44,048 bases of DNA, taken from positions 11,199 through 55,246 of the forward strand of contig CAZKKW010000005.1 in NCBI GenBank assembly GCA_964553335.1, read 5' to 3'. The translations under genes and the position numbers were made by a program. How positions within the stretch are numbered: position 1 is the first letter of the stretch; each line of letters begins with the position of its first letter. The DNA comes from an uncultured Hyphomicrobiales bacterium. GTDB taxonomy: Bacteria; Pseudomonadota; Alphaproteobacteria; Rhizobiales; JACESI01. Under the pieces are notes generated by a model. The model did not search any database and was not told the DNA's origin. It saw only the letters and a list, made by a program, of their open reading frames with translations. This document shows positions 40,993 to 44,048 of this stretch, piece after piece.

Positions 40993-41832
40993 ATGGACAA
41001 ACTTGAGACAGAGCCCTTCGGTACATTTGCGCTTTCCAAAACTCAGAGTTTTATTATTAGCTTGGCAGGTAATTTGCCAGACAACAAAATCGGGCGTTGG
41101 GGTATATCTCTTTGCCGAAAACTAGCGCTTGGCAGCAGTAAGGGGCCGTTTGATGTGACGGTTGAGGGGGGGCTCAATCTCAGATTACACCCCAAAGATA
41201 ACAGATGCGAAAAGCGGGTGATTTGCGGGGCTCAGACTTGGGATAGCAAGGAGCGCAAAGCGCTGACCGATATGCTGAAAATGTATAATGAGCCGCGTCC
41301 TTTTGTATTCCTTGATGTCGGCGCTAATGTGGGTCTTTATTCTTTATTCCTTGGAGAAGCCGCCCGCCAATTATCAAAAGACGTGAAGCTTATCGCGGTT
41401 GAGCCTGACAAAACCAATGCCGCGCGACTGCATATCAATGCTAAGGCCAGCAATATAAATATCACTCATATGCCCGTTGGTATCGGTGCTGAAAGAATGG
41501 TGGCTCGCCTGATTGGAGGAGAGAAAAACAGAGGCGAAATCAAAATTGGCATGGCACAAGATAATGAACCGACCATCGACGTTATGCCTTTATATGACCT
41601 TTGCCAAAATCTAAATCTTGAAGAAATCGATGCGATGAAAGTTGATATTGAAGGCTATGATTTTCAGGCGCTTGAGCATTTTTTCAAGACGGCAAAACAA
41701 ACCCTTTGGCCCAAACGCCTCGTCATAGAAACACGTGATCCATCATTTGATATCTTAGGTCTGTGTCTTGCAAATGGTTATGAGCTAGATTTTCAAGCAG
41801 GCATTAATGCTGTTGTTTCTCGCAAGAGTTAG
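40993..41832 (+). CDS. FkbM-family SAM-dependent methyltransferase
   Basis: SAM-binding motif FLDVGANVGLYSL and the FkbM-type MKVDIEGYDFQAL motif. Confidence 0.8.
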   Translation: MDKLETEPFGTFALSKTQSFIISLAGNLPDNKIGRWGISLCRKLALGSSKGPFDVTVEGGLNLRLHPKDNRCEKRVICGAQTWDSKERKALTDMLKMYNEPRPFVFLDVGANVGLYSLFLGEAARQLSKDVKLIAVEPDKTNAARLHINAKASNINITHMPVGIGAERMVARLIGGEKNRGEIKIGMAQDNEPTIDVMPLYDLCQNLNLEEIDAMKVDIEGYDFQALEHFFKTAKQTLWPKRLVIETRDPSFDILGLCLANGYELDFQAGINAVVSRKS

Positions 41833-41849
41833 TTTTCATTCTTGCAAAT

Positions 41850-42854
41850 TTAGAGATTTATGCCAGTCAATATCTTTGTCGCGAGAATATCCAAATGATT
41901 TTCTGCCAAGACATCTAGATCACGTGCTTGGTTTTCCAGTTTGCTGAATGTTGTATGTTGATCCAAGGCAATACGAGCAAGGTGACCATCAGTTTCTAGA
42001 TTTCTAATATAGCTTTCTTCAAGCCCTGATAAATTTCGGTTCCAAGGTTGATAGACGCATAAGGGACTTTGAGAACAAACCGCTTCTGTGATCATCGAGT
42101 TGGAATCTTCACCCACAACAACAAAAGAAGCTTGAACAAGCTCTTCTTCCAAGTTGAAAGCCCCAGTCGTTCGGTAATCATGATAAATCAAAGCTGGTAG
42201 GCGTTTCGATAAAGCAGTCAGCGCATCAGAAACATAATCATCTGTGCGGCGCGAATTGCAGACAACCACATTGTCAAATGTTGACGTGGAACTTTCGCAT
42301 GCCTCAGTGATTATTTTTAAGAGCGTGTCCCAGTCTTGTTTGGTGTAGTGATGGGTTTTGCAGTCCCCACCCAGAAGAAACAGTATCGACGACTTTGAGC
42401 GAGCAGGGAATGTTTTGTCTGGATCTATATTACAGGGTTTTAGCGCGACCATATAGGGAGGCATATTTTCAAATTGCTGATAGGGCACAAGTATGGTTTT
42501 AAAAGCAGTTGTTGGAACTTTACGAACGGTACCGCAGAATATGTTTGGTACGCCTAAATAACGCGCTAAAGAAATATTGGCAGGCAATGTCGCCCCACCT
42601 GCAGAGACAATTAAATCTGGTTTTTCTACAGGGACTTTGGCAGCCGCAACCAACTCAATCAAGCGCGGTTTAGGCTTTATTGAATGGCTTAAAAACCGAC
42701 GAAGCCCATTCATTGAAGAGGTGAGGCGATTAGTCGGCAATTTGATATTTTGCCAATCTAATTCAATAGAACGGTGGCGGGATAATGCCGTAACCACGCC
42801 CTTACTCTGATTGAAATGGCCCGGTTTATCGTCAGCAAGAACAAGGATTCTCAT
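41850..42854 (-). CDS. ELM1/DUF1022-like (GT-B-like) protein
   Basis: N-terminus MRILVLADDKPGHFNQSKGV is typical of bacterial ELM1-family proteins. About 335 aa with a two-lobed Rossmann-like pattern. Confidence 0.65.
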   Translation of the reverse strand: MRILVLADDKPGHFNQSKGVVTALSRHRSIELDWQNIKLPTNRLTSSMNGLRRFLSHSIKPKPRLIELVAAAKVPVEKPDLIVSAGGATLPANISLARYLGVPNIFCGTVRKVPTTAFKTILVPYQQFENMPPYMVALKPCNIDPDKTFPARSKSSILFLLGGDCKTHHYTKQDWDTLLKIITEACESSTSTFDNVVVCNSRRTDDYVSDALTALSKRLPALIYHDYRTTGAFNLEEELVQASFVVVGEDSNSMITEAVCSQSPLCVYQPWNRNLSGLEESYIRNLETDGHLARIALDQHTTFSKLENQARDLDVLAENHLDILATKILTGINL

Positions 42855-42889
42855 TGGTTTAGCCAAAATGCTCACATTTCCTGTCGAGA

Positions 42890-43846
42890 TTATAATGTCT
42901 TAATTTTACTGAAAATTTCCTCAGCAGATTTTTTTGCCTCATGGCGATACATACGAATTTTTTCCAACTCTTTTTCAGAAAAAGCCGCCGGAACGATATC
43001 GGTTTGGTTTTCTAGAGTCTCAAGATCGACAAGGCGTTCATTCAAATCAAGATCATCAGCCAATGCTTCCAATTTATGCGTATTTGAAGATACCGCAAGA
43101 AATGGGATTTCCAAGCATAATGCGATGGTAATCATATGGAAACGACCACTCACCACTCCTTTTGTCTGATTGCTTAAAAGAGCAATGAAATCGTCAAATT
43201 GCCCTATCGCATTTTGATTTCTTGAACGCCGTAAACCTTTGGGTGAAAAATAAGATAAAAGTCGCTTGAGATGATATTTATATAATCTCATTTTATTTCT
43301 ATTCGGGCGCGCCAGTATCGGTAAATATTTTGCATTATGCCGTTTTGCCAGCTCAAACAATCGTTGTCGTATTTGTTTTCGTGTTGAGCCATTGTACAAA
43401 ATATCGCCTTTGAGTGCCGCTGTATTCGCGTCCCATGTAAGCGTTAAATCAGGCATAAATAAACTATCAACACCAAGTTCACGTAACCGCTTTTGGCTGT
43501 AGCGATCTCGCACCGCTATGAAGTCAAATTTCTTGATCTCGTGGTCAATTGCGGCATCGTTGTTTTGATATAATGAATTTATGAGCACTGCTTTTTTCTG
43601 GCGCGAGTGAGCCCAATCAGGCACCTGTGCGATGCGCTTGGCAGCCTTCGAGCTGCCATGCAATGACCCCTCACCATTAACAATCGCGATATCGAAATCA
43701 CTGACATTATCCCAGTTTTGATTGAGGGACAGGCGGTCTACAAATTCTATTCCAGCCAAACGAGCATAATGGTCAATCTGTCTATTGACCAAAATACAGC
43801 CATGATGGCCAATTTCATCGGTGGTATTAATAAGAACAGCGCGCAT
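42890..43846 (-). CDS. Polysaccharide pyruvyl transferase family protein
   Basis: N-terminal NTTDEIGHHGC, NGEGSLHG, and C-terminal VVSGRFHMITIALCLEIPFLAVSSNTHK match the CsaB/WcaK-type pyruvyl transferase pattern. ATG 43846 is the likely start. Confidence 0.75.
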   Translation of the reverse strand: MRAVLINTTDEIGHHGCILVNRQIDHYARLAGIEFVDRLSLNQNWDNVSDFDIAIVNGEGSLHGSSKAAKRIAQVPDWAHSRQKKAVLINSLYQNNDAAIDHEIKKFDFIAVRDRYSQKRLRELGVDSLFMPDLTLTWDANTAALKGDILYNGSTRKQIRQRLFELAKRHNAKYLPILARPNRNKMRLYKYHLKRLLSYFSPKGLRRSRNQNAIGQFDDFIALLSNQTKGVVSGRFHMITIALCLEIPFLAVSSNTHKLEALADDLDLNERLVDLETLENQTDIVPAAFSEKELEKIRMYRHEAKKSAEEIFSKIKTL

Positions 43847-43974
43847 TATCGAAAACAACAATCATTTTAAGCGGGTTACACCTAAGGCATGGCATAAACT
43901 TATGGCACCTTATGGCGCAAGCTGATTTTTAGGAAACATTAGGCGTTTCCAATGCTGCTGCTGAGGCATAGTTC

Positions 43975-44048
43975 ATGAAATTAAGGAGAGATCCTAATTT
44001 TTCATGTGATAGTTGCGTACAATGCGAGCTCAACATTCCACGTCAGCG
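43975..44048 (+). CDS. Possible 5' end of a Cys-motif protein (truncated by the window end)
   Basis: A GAGG SD lies 8 nt upstream of ATG 43975. The frame is open to the window end (MKLRRDPNFSCDSCVQCELNIPRQ) and contains CxxCxxC. With only 24 codons visible, this call is very tentative. Confidence 0.25.
   Translation, partial: MKLRRDPNFSCDSCVQCELNIPRQ

Noticed and set aside
40993-43861. Glycan-modification cluster as a mobile genomic island
   Set aside because: No integrase, transposase, tRNA attachment site or flanking direct repeats are visible in the window. Only the break in dnaK-dnaJ synteny is reported.

Overview
This window looks like origin-proximal core chromosome from an alphaproteobacterium. 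The taxon is inferred from gene order only: ftsK-lolA-xthA ... leuS-lptE-holA / parB-parA-rsmG-mnmG-mnmE-rho-hemJ-hemE | AT-rich gap | maf-aroE-coaE-dnaQ, then secB, fxsA, a Tim44-like gene, mltA, smr, hslVU, the his operon hisB-DUF2628-hisH-hisA-hisF-hisE-coaA, grpE and dnaK. I count about 45 credible protein genes. I saw no rRNA, tRNA, CRISPR array, transposase or integrase. Non-coding features I can support are: a probable oriC in the 536-bp hemE/maf gap; two perfect 16-bp parS sites (TGTTTCACGTGAAACA); sigma-32-type promoters upstream of dnaK (strong match) and grpE (weaker); and several intrinsic terminators. The most unusual structure is a 125-bp tandem repeat exactly at the hisA/hisF junction. 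It reiterates the first 50 nt of hisF plus an unrelated 75-nt insert, and it creates two 42-codon mini-ORFs chained to hisA and hisF by ATGA overlaps. Other points worth a second look are: a polytopic membrane protein translationally coupled between hslV and hslU; dnaK followed by a terminator and a small glycan-modification cluster instead of dnaJ; an orphan 180-aa protein with a palindrome-rich AT-rich control region between grpE and dnaK; and an MltA homologue with no signal peptide. Most of the window is ordinary housekeeping DNA. All family calls come from reading the translated ORFs, not from database searches.
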